Below the pieces are notes generated by a model. That model was not told where the DNA came from, ran no database searches, and saw nothing but the letters and a program-made list of their open reading frames with translations. Source: Anaerolineales bacterium (GTDB taxonomy: Bacteria > Chloroflexota > Anaerolineae > Anaerolineales > Villigracilaceae). From it: a DNA stretch of 64,000 nucleotides. Position 1 is the stretch's first letter. The number at the start of each line of letters is the position of its first letter. Shown piece after piece: positions 1 through 9,208 of this stretch. A program made the position numbers and the translations under genes. The stretch is from contig JAGVAO010000067.1 of NCBI GenBank assembly GCA_020060235.1, positions 1,257 through 65,256 of the forward strand, read 5' to 3'.

Positions 1-282
1 CTCGATGCCCAGGTCATCATGCGCGGCCTGCGCGTTTTCTCCGATTTCGAGTTCGAGTTTCGCATGGCGCTGGCCAATCACCGCCTTTCACCGGATATCG
101 AAATCGTCTCCTTCATCACCCACGAGGAACATACATTCCTGTCCTCGACCACCGTGCGCGAAATTGCCACCCTCGACGGCGATATTTCCAGTATGGTTCC
201 GCCGCACGTCGAAGCGGCCCTCAAACAGCGCGTACGCGACATCGACGAGCATCACCGCCCCGCCTATGCCGCCAGGGATTAA
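1..282 (+). CDS. coaD: phosphopantetheine adenylyltransferase, C-terminal part (5' end lies outside the window)
   Basis: Frame 1 is open from base 1. It reads LDAQVIMRGLRVFSDFEFEFRMALANHRL...FLSSTTVREIA..GDIS..VPPHV, which matches the conserved C-terminal half of CoaD (E. coli [21 protein letters not shown]...FISSSLVKEVA). Confidence 0.8.
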   Translation, partial: LDAQVIMRGLRVFSDFEFEFRMALANHRLSPDIEIVSFITHEEHTFLSSTTVREIATLDGDISSMVPPHVEAALKQRVRDIDEHHRPAYAARD

Positions 283-447
283 TAAGTTGTGCCGCCGCCT
301 TTCGCGAAGCATCCCCGCAGGGGCAGGCGGTCTACCGCCTAAAGGCGGCAGTACGGATGATTAAAAATCGAACAAAAGTTTTTCTTTAATCAGTGTTTGT
401 GCTAGAATAATTAAGGTATTTGAACCGAAGACAGCGGAGCAAGCAAA

Positions 448-987
448 ATGGACATCCTGCATCTCGTAGACCGCCTCGAAGAACTCTTCAACGAAAGCCG
501 CACCGTTCCCTTTACCCGCAACGTGGTTGTGGATGAAGACCGGATGTTGGATTTAATCGACCAGATGCGCGTCACCATCCCTGAAGAAGTCAAAAAGGCC
601 CAGCAGCTGGTGGCGCAAAAAGACCGCATCCTGGCCCAGTCCCAGGAGGAAGCCAACCGCATCGTGCAGTTGGCGCGCGAAAAGGCCGAGCAGATGGTAG
701 ACCGCGAAGCCGTCGTCAAGAGCGCGCAGAACCGCGCCGACCAAATTCTGGCCCAGGCGCGCGCCGATGCCCAGGCTACCCGCCAGGACGCCGACGATTA
801 CGTCATCCAGAGTTTGCAGCATCTCGAAGTCGAAATTTCCCGGCTGCAAAACCAGGTGCATAACGGCCTGCGCAAATTGGAAGAAGACCGCCTGCGCGTT
901 CCCCAGCCCTTGCCGCAGGTGCGCGAGGCATCCGCCGCCAGGGATGAAGACCAGGAACCTGAAATCCAGGAACTTGAAGAAGAATAA
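448..987 (+). CDS. conserved coiled-coil protein (ATP-synthase-b-like heptad region), function unknown
   Basis: 179-aa ORF with GGAG about 10 nt upstream of the ATG. It has a long charged helical Q/A/E/R-rich region and is followed by a strong terminator. Confidence 0.6.
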   Translation: MDILHLVDRLEELFNESRTVPFTRNVVVDEDRMLDLIDQMRVTIPEEVKKAQQLVAQKDRILAQSQEEANRIVQLAREKAEQMVDREAVVKSAQNRADQILAQARADAQATRQDADDYVIQSLQHLEVEISRLQNQVHNGLRKLEEDRLRVPQPLPQVREASAARDEDQEPEIQELEEE

Positions 988-993
988 AAATTT

Positions 994-1018
994 AGCCCCG
1001 CAATTGCGGGGCTTTTTG
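994..1018 (+). terminator. rho-independent terminator, probably bidirectional
   Basis: 'agccccgc-aatt-gcggggct' forms an 8-bp GC-rich stem followed by TTTTT. It sits between the convergent genes ending at 987 (+) and 1023 (-). Confidence 0.75.
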
Positions 1019-1022
1019 ATGT

Positions 1023-2822
1023 TTAGGGGGTGGATGTTGGCGCGCGTGTGCTGGTCGGGACGGGCGTATTGGTCGGGACGCGGGTTGCGGGCGGTGGGGT
1101 TGCCTGGCGTAATTCCTTGATTTTTTCCTCCGCCTCGGCGCGCATCTCCTCTGTAACCGCTTCTTCGGGTAGGGCCAGCAGAGCCTCCCAGTCGCGGATG
1201 GCCTCGCGAGGAAAACCGATATTTCCCAACGAAATCGCCCGCAGGTAAAGGAAGTTGGCGCGGTCGGTATCGCTCTGGATGAGCCGCTCATACTTCAACA
1301 GTTCGATGTAGCCGTTGTTGAAATCGTCAAAGGCGTAATAATTGCGCACCAGCCCAATGCCCGCATCGAAAAAGTTCTGGTTGTTGCGCAGGGCCTGGCG
1401 GTAATCGTCACGCGCTTTTTCGTATTCTTCCAATATCATGTATATCTCGGCCCGCCAGTAATAGCCTTGCGAACTGGTATTGTCGAGCAGCAGGGCCTTA
1501 TTTAGCGAGTCGAGCGCTTTTTCATATTCGCCGCGATTGAAATACGTCGCGCCCAGGAACATGAAGGCCTCGCTGCTGTCGTCTGAATACAGGGTGTAAA
1601 TTTCCAGCATCTCGAGCGCCTTGTCCGTATCGCCGTTGGCGCGGTAGGCCATGCCCAAAACCAGGTAGGTTTCGAGCATCACCACATCCAACTCGTTGGC
1701 GCGGATGGCCGCTTCCAGCGCTTCGGGGTAGTTTTCAAGTTCCAGTTCCAGCCGTGCCAGGGCCAGGTACACCAGCGGTGAACCGGGCATCAAATCGCTT
1801 GCCCGGCGCAGGTCTGCCAGCGCGTCGGTGGTGTTATTGCGTCCCAAATGGTACAGGCCGCGTTCCAGGTAGGCCTCGCCGTAATCGGGGTCGAGGTCAA
1901 TGGCCGCATCCAGGTCTGCAATTACGACCCGGCGCGGGTTCAGGGCCAGGTTGGCGCGCGCGCGCCCCAGGTACGAAGGCGCGAAGTTGGGGTTGACCGC
2001 AATCGCTTCCTGGTAATAGTTCAGCGCGTCCTGGTAACGCCCCCTGAATCGGTGCGACTCAGCCACAAAATAAAGCGAATCAGCCGAACCGGGGTTCAGC
2101 GTCGCCACCTGCACCATCATCTCTGCAACCGTGTTCCAGTCGCCGCGCTCATAAGCCCGCACCGCGCCGCGATAAGTATCGCTGGAAAGCCCGGTGTATG
2201 GGGTGGCTGCGTAAACCGGCGTGGGTGTATAAGTGGCCGAAATCAGCCCGGCCAGCGGCCCGCGCTCCAACACTTGCAGGGTCATATCGGCTGTCGGGCT
2301 GGGCAGGGGCGTAAAGGAAGGCAACGCCCGCCGGGTGGGTTGGGGGTCGAAAGCCCCCGAAGCGGCAAAACCGCCAATCACCCCGCCGATAAGCAGGATG
2401 CCCGCAAGAATCAGCCCCACGACCCGCACCACCGGGTTGGCCACAAAAGCCTTGAATCCCTTTTCTTTGGGTTTTTCGTCGGCCAGTTGCAACTTCAATT
2501 CCCACGGGCGCGGATGATTCATCGGGAAAGGCGTCAGACCCTCCTCCGGCGGCAGTCCGCCCATCAGAGTCAGGCCGCGCCGCGCCGCCGTATTTTCGGG
2601 GTCGAGCCGCAGGGCGGTTTGCAGGCAATACAGCCGCTCTTTGGACGTCTCCATTGCCGCGCTCAACCAGACCCAGTATGTGGCGTTGTTCTGGTCGGTC
2701 TTGAGCAGGCGCGTCAGCACCTCGCGCGCCTCGGCGTTTTTGCCCTCTTCAATAAACGCTATCGCCTGGTGGAACAGCATTTCCTCTGCCGAAATTTCGG
2801 GCGTCAACATCTCGTCGTCCAT
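1023..2822 (-). CDS. tetratricopeptide-repeat (TPR) membrane protein with a Pro/Thr-rich C-terminal tail
   Basis: 599 aa. There are many TPR-like A/Y/L-patterned repeats (e.g. ...YYQEAIAVNPNFAPSYLGRARA...), one hydrophobic TM segment (VVGLILAGILLIGGVIGGF), and a tail TPPPATRVPTNTPVPTSTRAPTSTP. Confidence 0.75.
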   Translation of the reverse strand: MDDEMLTPEISAEEMLFHQAIAFIEEGKNAEAREVLTRLLKTDQNNATYWVWLSAAMETSKERLYCLQTALRLDPENTAARRGLTLMGGLPPEEGLTPFPMNHPRPWELKLQLADEKPKEKGFKAFVANPVVRVVGLILAGILLIGGVIGGFAASGAFDPQPTRRALPSFTPLPSPTADMTLQVLERGPLAGLISATYTPTPVYAATPYTGLSSDTYRGAVRAYERGDWNTVAEMMVQVATLNPGSADSLYFVAESHRFRGRYQDALNYYQEAIAVNPNFAPSYLGRARANLALNPRRVVIADLDAAIDLDPDYGEAYLERGLYHLGRNNTTDALADLRRASDLMPGSPLVYLALARLELELENYPEALEAAIRANELDVVMLETYLVLGMAYRANGDTDKALEMLEIYTLYSDDSSEAFMFLGATYFNRGEYEKALDSLNKALLLDNTSSQGYYWRAEIYMILEEYEKARDDYRQALRNNQNFFDAGIGLVRNYYAFDDFNNGYIELLKYERLIQSDTDRANFLYLRAISLGNIGFPREAIRDWEALLALPEEAVTEEMRAEAEEKIKELRQATPPPATRVPTNTPVPTSTRAPTSTP

Positions 2823-2869
2823 GCCTAAAGTGTAGCACAGCCCCGAAAGCCGGGCAAGACTCTCGCGCC

Positions 2870-3865
2870 ATGAAATACCATGCTGGGTATAATGAAGAAA
2901 TGGAATTTTTCCGCCGCCCTGTCCGCGTCCTGGTTCTCGCGCTTTTTATCCCGCTCCTGGCCTGCTCCGCGCCGGATTCGCCCTCCCCCGAGCCTGCTTC
3001 GCCGTTTCCTGAAATTTCATCTATGCCCCCGGCCAGTCCGCTCCCCTCGCCGACCAGCCCGGCCCTGCCCCTGCTGACCCCCGCTCCGCTGGCCCTCCAA
3101 CCTACGATTGTCATCCCGACCCCCACGCCGTTTGCCTACACGGTCAGGTCGGGCGACACCCTCAGCCAGATAGCCCTGCGCTACGGCCTGACGGTCGATG
3201 AACTGCTGGCCGCCAACCCCGGCGTCAGCACCATCCTGAGTATCGGGCAGGTCGTTCAAATCCCGTCCCGTCCGGCGTCGGTGGCCGAAGCCGTCCCTGC
3301 GCCCGCCGAATTGCTGGTCGGGCCGCTGCAATGCTTCCCCTCCGGTGCGGGCATGTGGTGCCTGGCCCTGGCCCAAAACCCGCACGCCGAGCCGGTAGAA
3401 AACATCACCGCCCAAATCTCCATCCTCAATCAAAACGGCGAACCGGAATCCGCCCTCGAAGCGCTGGCCCCGCTCAACATCCTGCCCGCCAGGGCCGGAT
3501 TGCCGGTAGCGGCCTTTTTCCCGTTACGCCCCTCCGGGCCTTTCGCCGCCCGTCTCGACATCCTGACCGCCTTCCTGCTTTCTCCCGGCGACCCGCGCTA
3601 CCTGCCGGTGCAGGTCAACAACCTGCTGACCCAGGTCTCGGCAGACGGGCTTTCAGCGCAGGTTAGCGGGCGGCTGGTGTTTTCCCAATCTGGCCCGCCT
3701 TCTGCTGAAATCTGGCTGGCTGGCGTGGCTTACGACGAATCCGGGCAGGTGGCCGGGTTCCGGCGCTGGCAGGCGGCCGGCGCGCCGCAGACTTTCTCGT
3801 TCGATGTTTACAGCCTGGGTCTGCCAATTGCGCGGGTCGAGGTAATTCCTGAAGCCCGGCCCTGA
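2870..3865 (+). CDS. LysM domain lipoprotein
   Basis: Contains a LysM motif (YTVRSGDTLSQIALRYGLTVDELLAANPGV) and a signal/lipobox-like LLAC|S. The true start may be the internal ATG at 2900 (MEFFRRPVRVLVLALFIPLLAC). Confidence 0.7.
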   Translation: MKYHAGYNEEMEFFRRPVRVLVLALFIPLLACSAPDSPSPEPASPFPEISSMPPASPLPSPTSPALPLLTPAPLALQPTIVIPTPTPFAYTVRSGDTLSQIALRYGLTVDELLAANPGVSTILSIGQVVQIPSRPASVAEAVPAPAELLVGPLQCFPSGAGMWCLALAQNPHAEPVENITAQISILNQNGEPESALEALAPLNILPARAGLPVAAFFPLRPSGPFAARLDILTAFLLSPGDPRYLPVQVNNLLTQVSADGLSAQVSGRLVFSQSGPPSAEIWLAGVAYDESGQVAGFRRWQAAGAPQTFSFDVYSLGLPIARVEVIPEARP

Positions 3866-3910
3866 TTTTTTGGCGTATAATCATCGCACCTTCCAGATTC
3901 TTTGCAATGT

Positions 3911-3939
3911 TTGACGCATAAATCCCTTGCATGTATAAT
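3911..3939 (+). promoter_or_regulatory. sigma70-type promoter for the 3981-18754 operon
   Basis: TTGACG (3911-3916), a 17-nt spacer, then TATAAT (3934-3939), about 42 nt upstream of the first start codon. Confidence 0.55.
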
Positions 3940-3980
3940 CAATCTATTCATTTTAATGCCCGCGTATATGGGCGCAGAGG

Positions 3981-4808
3981 ATGCTTATGGCTCTTCGGGG
4001 CAACTTGCGAGATTTTACAGTCACCCAGCTATTGAATCTGATAAACCTGGCCCATAAGACAGGCACTTTGGTTATCGAAGCCCCTAACGAAGTTGCCAAA
4101 GTCTCTTTTCGCGATGGAAAACTGTCCTACGCCCAAATCGGGCAGGACGACGGCCATCTCGCCTCCATCCTGCACAAGACCAGCCGTCTGACGACGGGGC
4201 AGTTGCGCGCCATTCAACTGCGTGCCACCCACGTTTCAGACAAAGAGCTGGGCTTGTTGCTGATAAACGCCGGGCATATGACCCAGGATGACATCCTGTC
4301 GTCCTTGCAGTCTTATTTCACCGATATGGTGCGGCGGCTGTTTACGTGGATAGAAGGCTCCTTTCGCTTCGAGAACGACATGATGCCGCCACCCGACCGC
4401 ATCACAGTGCGGCTCGATCTGGAAAACCTGATTATCGAAGGCGCGCGCCAATTGCGCGAGTTTGAGCAGTTGCAGGATGAAATTCCGAGCCTTGAGATGG
4501 CCCTGCGCTTTACCGAGCGTCCCGGCTCGAACCTGCAAAAGATGAACTTAAGCGTCGAAGAGTGGCGGGTGGTTTCTTATATCAGCCCCAAGAATACCAT
4601 CCAGCAAATCGCTTCGGCGGCCAAAATGGGCGATATGGAAATTCGCCGGATTGTTTATGGCCTTATTCAAGCGGGTCTGGTCGAAGTCGTGCGCCCGGAC
4701 GGGGCTGCGCCTGTTCAGGAAAGGGCGCGTCCAGCCATCCCGGTCCAGAACCGGGAAGAGCAGAAGTCTTTGGTCAACCGCCTGATTACGCGTATTCGCT
4801 CGATATAA
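3981..4808 (+). CDS. DUF4388 (PATAN-like) domain protein
   Basis: The N-terminus GNLRDFTVTQLLNLINLAHKTGTLVIE...VSFRDGKL is the signature of DUF4388. An alternative start at 3987 has a better GAGGA spacing. Confidence 0.7.
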   Translation: MLMALRGNLRDFTVTQLLNLINLAHKTGTLVIEAPNEVAKVSFRDGKLSYAQIGQDDGHLASILHKTSRLTTGQLRAIQLRATHVSDKELGLLLINAGHMTQDDILSSLQSYFTDMVRRLFTWIEGSFRFENDMMPPPDRITVRLDLENLIIEGARQLREFEQLQDEIPSLEMALRFTERPGSNLQKMNLSVEEWRVVSYISPKNTIQQIASAAKMGDMEIRRIVYGLIQAGLVEVVRPDGAAPVQERARPAIPVQNREEQKSLVNRLITRIRSI

Positions 4809-4830
4809 ATTTATTTGAGGATAAGTACTT

Positions 4831-5373
4831 ATGCAAACGGTCAAAATGGTCGTCACCGGCCCTTTCAGCGCTGGCAAAACGGAATTTATCCGCTCAGTGA
4901 GTGAAATTGACGTCGTCGCTACTGAACGCAAGATTTCATCTGACTCTGAAAGAGCGGTGAAACAGGCAACTACGGTGGCCATGGACTTTGGCCGTATCAC
5001 CGTGGATGAAGACCTGGTGCTCTACCTGTTTGGAACTCCCGGCCAGAAGCGTTTTGACTTCATGTGGGAAATCCTTTCCGAAGGGATGCTCGGGTTCATC
5101 GTCATGGTTGACAGCACCCGGCCAGAAACCTTCCGCGAAGCGCGCTCCATTCTCGAAACTTTCCGCGCTTACGCCCCCACGCCCTATGTCGTAGCCGCCA
5201 ACAAACAGGATGTTGATGATGCCTGGGAATTGGAAGATATGCGTCATGCCTTGCGCCTTGACGGCAAGGTAAAACTGCTTCCGTGCGTTGCCACCGATAA
5301 AGATACGGTCAAAAACGTCCTGCTCGAGTTGCTTTACAGCATCCTGGCAGAGATGGAAGGCAACGAAAAATAA
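4831..5373 (+). CDS. small Ras-like GTPase of the conservon CvnD / COG2229 type
   Basis: P-loop GPFSAGKTEF, switch II FGTPGQKRF and NKxD as AANKQD are all present. The core TTVAMDFGRI...LYLFGTPGQ is typical of CvnD-like 'ATP/GTP-binding proteins'. GAGGA RBS. Confidence 0.8.
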   Translation: MQTVKMVVTGPFSAGKTEFIRSVSEIDVVATERKISSDSERAVKQATTVAMDFGRITVDEDLVLYLFGTPGQKRFDFMWEILSEGMLGFIVMVDSTRPETFREARSILETFRAYAPTPYVVAANKQDVDDAWELEDMRHALRLDGKVKLLPCVATDKDTVKNVLLELLYSILAEMEGNEK

Positions 5374-5395
5374 ACATCGTAGATAGAATGCTGCT

Positions 5396-6196
5396 GTGTC
5401 CTCGATTACTACTGACCAGGGAATAGTTCATTATGAAGTGTATGGGCGCGGCCGCCCTGTTATTTTGCTTCACGGCTGGCTCGGCTCGTGGGGGCTGTGG
5501 CAGGATACAATGGCCTACCTGGGGCGCTCTTATCGCACCTATGCGATGGATTTTTGGGGGTTTGGCGAATCAGGCAAGAAACGTGATACCTATGCCGTAC
5601 AGGATTTTGTCAGCCTGGTGGACCAGTTTATGGACCGCCTGGGCATTACCGAAGCGCCACTGATTGGTCACAGCATGGGCGGTACGGTTAGCCTGTCGGT
5701 TGCAATCCAGTATCCCCAGCGCGTCAGCAAAGTGGTTGTGGTTGGTTCACCGATTGTCGGTTCGTCCCTGGCTTTCCCGCTCAAACTGGCGGGTTATCGC
5801 TTTATTGCGTTCATGCTTTTTAATATGATGTGGGCTTTCCGGGCTGGCATAAAAGTCGCTTCCCCGTTTATCTGCGCCGACCCGCAATTCCCGACCATGA
5901 TGGACAAGGACCTTTCAAGTACCACGCTTGAATCGTTTCTGCGCAGTATCGCCTCTCTGCGGCGCACCGACTTGCGTCCTAAACTCTCCCAGTTGCAAAT
6001 TCCGATTATGGGGATTTATGGCGGACGGGATAACATCGTCCATCCCATGCAGTGGCAGCCACTGTTGCAGGGCGCCCCGCAGACCAAGGTCGTTTATTGG
6101 GAACGTGCCCAGCACTTTGTCATGCTGGACATGGCGAAAGAGTTTACCGAAACGGTCAGAATATTTTTAGATGAAGAAGAGCAAAGCGAAGGATGA
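5396..6196 (+). CDS. alpha/beta hydrolase with an intact Ser-Asp-His triad
   Basis: HGWLGSW oxyanion region, nucleophile elbow GHSMGG, GGRDN (Asp) and AQHFVMLD (His). GTG start. It is a paralogue of 17969..18754. Confidence 0.8.
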   Translation: MSSITTDQGIVHYEVYGRGRPVILLHGWLGSWGLWQDTMAYLGRSYRTYAMDFWGFGESGKKRDTYAVQDFVSLVDQFMDRLGITEAPLIGHSMGGTVSLSVAIQYPQRVSKVVVVGSPIVGSSLAFPLKLAGYRFIAFMLFNMMWAFRAGIKVASPFICADPQFPTMMDKDLSSTTLESFLRSIASLRRTDLRPKLSQLQIPIMGIYGGRDNIVHPMQWQPLLQGAPQTKVVYWERAQHFVMLDMAKEFTETVRIFLDEEEQSEG

Positions 6197-6825
6197 ATCC
6201 TTCTACCAACATTTACCATTATCCAAACCAAATGGCGCGTATCCTGCTCTTGTCCGGCGACGAGATTTTGGGGCAGGCTGGCATGTCGGCAGTGTTGAAC
6301 GCGATTCCTGGCGGGTCTCGTTTTGTTGAAAATTATCCCCCTGCAAATACTAATCTGGAATTTCCCTTTGAACTTGTCGCCGGTTTGCAAGCCTCGCTCG
6401 AGTTGATTTATGGCCCTCACGGCGGGCGGGGGTTATCCATGCGCATGGGGCGCACATCTTTCCAGCATGGGCTATCTGAGTTCGGCCCGCTCTTTGGCCT
6501 GACAGACCTGGCGTTTCGCCTGCTGCCCCTCAAGACCAAACTGAGGGTTGGCGCAAACGCCTTTGCCGAAATTTTCAACAAACATAGCGACCAGCGCGTC
6601 CGCATCGAAGACCGGGACACACAGTTATACTGGCACATTGAGCGTTGCCCGGTTTGTTGGGGACGCAAGACCGAAGCCCCGGCCTGCCACCTGGCGGTTG
6701 GCTTGTTGCAAGAGGCTTTATATTGGGTAAGCGGTGGTAAGATGTTTAATGTAGAAGAAACGCAATGTTGCGCCGTGGGCGATTCTCAATGCAGCATTTT
6801 GATTGATAAAACTCCACTGGGGTGA
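6193..6825 (+). CDS. V4R (4-vinyl reductase-like) small-molecule-binding domain protein
   Basis: C-terminal Cys pattern ERCPVCWGRKTEAPACHLAVGLLQEALYWVSGG...QCCAVGDSQCSILI, typical of V4R domains (BchJ, XylR/DmpR N-termini). The start overlaps the previous stop (ATGA). Confidence 0.7.
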   Translation: MNPSTNIYHYPNQMARILLLSGDEILGQAGMSAVLNAIPGGSRFVENYPPANTNLEFPFELVAGLQASLELIYGPHGGRGLSMRMGRTSFQHGLSEFGPLFGLTDLAFRLLPLKTKLRVGANAFAEIFNKHSDQRVRIEDRDTQLYWHIERCPVCWGRKTEAPACHLAVGLLQEALYWVSGGKMFNVEETQCCAVGDSQCSILIDKTPLG

Positions 6826-6829
6826 ACCC

Positions 6830-8101
6830 ATGCTAAAAATAATTTTACAGGCCAAAAGACCCATCCTCCCCTTCAATGAACCTGCCCGCGATTTGCGCAT
6901 CCAGAACCAGCCGCTCTGGTTGTTGCAGCGCAATGCCCTTGCGCCTTACGTCACCCGCGAGTTGGAAATCCCATCCAATGCGCGTTTGCCGCAAATTCAG
7001 GAACCGATGCTGGTTTACCGCGACAATTTGTTCTTTGACCGGCATTTTATCGATGAGTTTATCCGCCTGGCTGTGCAGAAGAACCGTCCCGTGCGGGCGG
7101 CTTTTTCGATAGACGACCCGGCTTTTCGTGAGCACGCGCTGCCCTTGTCGGTATCCTATACGCCTGCCGGTAATTTATACCTGGCCGACATGTGGTACTA
7201 CCCTCGCGGCCCGGTAGCCGATGTAGACCCGCTGGTGATAGACATGCAGTCGCGGGAAGTGGGTTATTATCATGTGCCGTCTTACATGGCCGGGGAACGC
7301 GGCGACCTTGTCTTCCAGGTTCCGTTGCGCGCCATGCTGGCAATTGATACCTGGGTACACATCTTCATCGCCGACGTGGTCTTTGGTTTGTTCAAGCGCG
7401 GCAATCGCTTTGAAATTCGCCTGAGCAACGACCTGGCTTACAAACTGAAAATCATCAGCACCGCGATTTACGAGGGCCGCCAGATTCTGGAGTGCTCTGA
7501 ACTGGTGCAAATTGGCAAGAATTGCGTCATCGACCCACACGCTGTTATTCACGGACCGACAACGATTGGCGATAATGTCACTGTCGGCGCGGGCGCAGTC
7601 ATCGAGAACTGCATTATTGGCAACAATGTCAACGTGTCGCAGGATTGCCAGTTGATGCTCTCCGTCGTTGGGGACGGCACCTTCCTGCCGTTCAAGGCCG
7701 CCCTGTTTATGACCACCATCATGGACAACTCGATGGTTGCCCAAAATACCTGCCTGCAAATGTGTGTGGTGGGCCGAAACACATTTATTGGCGCAGGCTC
7801 TACGTTTACAGACTACAATCTCATTCCATCCACCATTCGCGCGTTGGATGGAAACGACGAACTCAAGCCATCCAACCGCCCCGTGTTGGGAGGGGCGGTT
7901 GGACACAATTGCCGCATTGGCGCAGGGATGATAGTTTACCCGGCCCGCACCATTGAGTCGGATGTCGTTCTGGCGGCGTCAAAGGAACGTCGGGTAATCG
8001 ATAAAAATATCAGATTTGAGGATAGCGACCACCATAAAATGAAAAACGCCGGCCAGCATAAAGTGCTTTACCAAAAACAACAGGATTTAGAGTCGTGGTA
8101 A
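6830..8101 (+). CDS. left-handed beta-helix (hexapeptide-repeat) protein, acyl/nucleotidyl-transferase-like
   Basis: Hexapeptide repeats IGKNCVIDPHAVIHGPTTIGDNVTVGAGAVIENCIIGNNVNVSQDC... The ATG at 6830 lies 4 nt after the upstream stop. The ORF track begins at an upstream TTG (6803). Confidence 0.65.
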   Translation: MLKIILQAKRPILPFNEPARDLRIQNQPLWLLQRNALAPYVTRELEIPSNARLPQIQEPMLVYRDNLFFDRHFIDEFIRLAVQKNRPVRAAFSIDDPAFREHALPLSVSYTPAGNLYLADMWYYPRGPVADVDPLVIDMQSREVGYYHVPSYMAGERGDLVFQVPLRAMLAIDTWVHIFIADVVFGLFKRGNRFEIRLSNDLAYKLKIISTAIYEGRQILECSELVQIGKNCVIDPHAVIHGPTTIGDNVTVGAGAVIENCIIGNNVNVSQDCQLMLSVVGDGTFLPFKAALFMTTIMDNSMVAQNTCLQMCVVGRNTFIGAGSTFTDYNLIPSTIRALDGNDELKPSNRPVLGGAVGHNCRIGAGMIVYPARTIESDVVLAASKERRVIDKNIRFEDSDHHKMKNAGQHKVLYQKQQDLESW

Positions 8102-8104
8102 AGC

Positions 8105-9196
8105 ATGGATACATTTGCATTTATCATCCATCCTATTGACCCGAAGCGCGACGTCAGTAGGAAATACCCCTTGCTTGGTAAGTATCTCAGCGAAAAACAA
8201 ATCAACTTCTTCTCCACTTTTTTCCCGCCCGTGTATCTCTCTGAAATTGAGGGCATTGTTTCACAGGCGACAGGCAAGCAAATCAAGGGCTGGTTTCTGG
8301 CCTGCCCTTTGACCCCCCGGCGGATGTTGGAATTGCCGGAAAAAATGGTGTATCATAAAATCATTCAGACCGGCCAAATGGCCGAGAATCTGGGCGCAGA
8401 TATTCTTGGTTTGGGCGCTTTCACTTCAGTGGTCGGCGATGCCGGTGTGACGGTTGCCAAGTCTCTCGATATTCCGGTTACAACTGGCGATTCTTATACG
8501 GTGGCCGTTGCGGTTGACGCAATCAAAAAAGCCGCTGAGCTGATGGACATTCGGTTGGAATCGGCTACAGCAGCGGTCGTTGGCGCGACAGGCACGATAG
8601 GAAAAGTTTGCGCAGAACTTCTCGCAGACGCCGTAGGTGAGTTATACTTAATAGGTCGCCGTGCTGATGCGTTGCAGGCTTTAAAAGAACGGCTCGAGCA
8701 GCAAGGTACAGCGCAGATTTTGACCAGCACAAGCATGGATGTACTCTCTCGCGCGCAGTTGATTTTGACTGTTACCAGCGCAATCCATGACGTCATCGAA
8801 CCGCAGTACTTGCAGCCTGGCAGCGTCGTCTGCGATGTGGCCCGCCCTCGTGATGTATCTGCAATGGTCGCGGCGGCGCGGAACGATATACTTGTGATTG
8901 ACGGCGGTATGGTGGATGTGCCGGGGCCTGTCGATTTTCACTTTAATTTCGGGTTCCCTGCGGGCAAGGCTTATGCCTGCATGGCCGAGACGATGGCCCT
9001 CGCGCTTGAAGGCCGCTTTGAGGACTACACCCTCGGGAAAGATGTTTCAAGGGCCCGCGTCGAAGAAATATCTGCAATTGCAAGCAAACATGGTTTTTAT
9101 TTGAGCGGTTTTCGCTCTTTTGAAAAAGAAGTCACTGATGAAACAATTGAGGCCATACGCCGCAAAGCAAAAACTGCCCGTCGGCGTCAAAATTGA
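8105..9196 (+). CDS. acyl-ACP reductase (AAR)-like NAD(P)-dependent oxidoreductase
   Basis: Collinear with my memory of cyanobacterial aldehyde-forming AAR. FAFIIHP matches FGLIGHL, GLGAFTSVVGD matches LGGFTSII, VAVVGATGTIGKVCAELL matches VAVVGATGDIGSAVCRWL, and YACMAETMALALEG matches FACFAEAMLLEFEG (the catalytic-Cys position is conserved). Confidence 0.55.
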   Translation: MDTFAFIIHPIDPKRDVSRKYPLLGKYLSEKQINFFSTFFPPVYLSEIEGIVSQATGKQIKGWFLACPLTPRRMLELPEKMVYHKIIQTGQMAENLGADILGLGAFTSVVGDAGVTVAKSLDIPVTTGDSYTVAVAVDAIKKAAELMDIRLESATAAVVGATGTIGKVCAELLADAVGELYLIGRRADALQALKERLEQQGTAQILTSTSMDVLSRAQLILTVTSAIHDVIEPQYLQPGSVVCDVARPRDVSAMVAAARNDILVIDGGMVDVPGPVDFHFNFGFPAGKAYACMAETMALALEGRFEDYTLGKDVSRARVEEISAIASKHGFYLSGFRSFEKEVTDETIEAIRRKAKTARRRQN

Positions 9197-9208
9197 TGGA
9201 GGCTCGTT

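Noticed and set aside
5-364. 119-aa ORF overlapping coaD in another frame, and ORF 88..312 on the minus strand
   Set aside because: The coaD frame has strong family similarity. The overlapping ORFs are Ser/Pro/Arg-rich with no motifs.
1030-1100. Duplicated 'ggtcgggacg' motifs near the end of the TPR gene
   Set aside because: They simply encode the Pro/Thr-rich tail (VPTNTPVPTSTRAPTSTP) on the minus strand. I found no similarity to the other repeat families.
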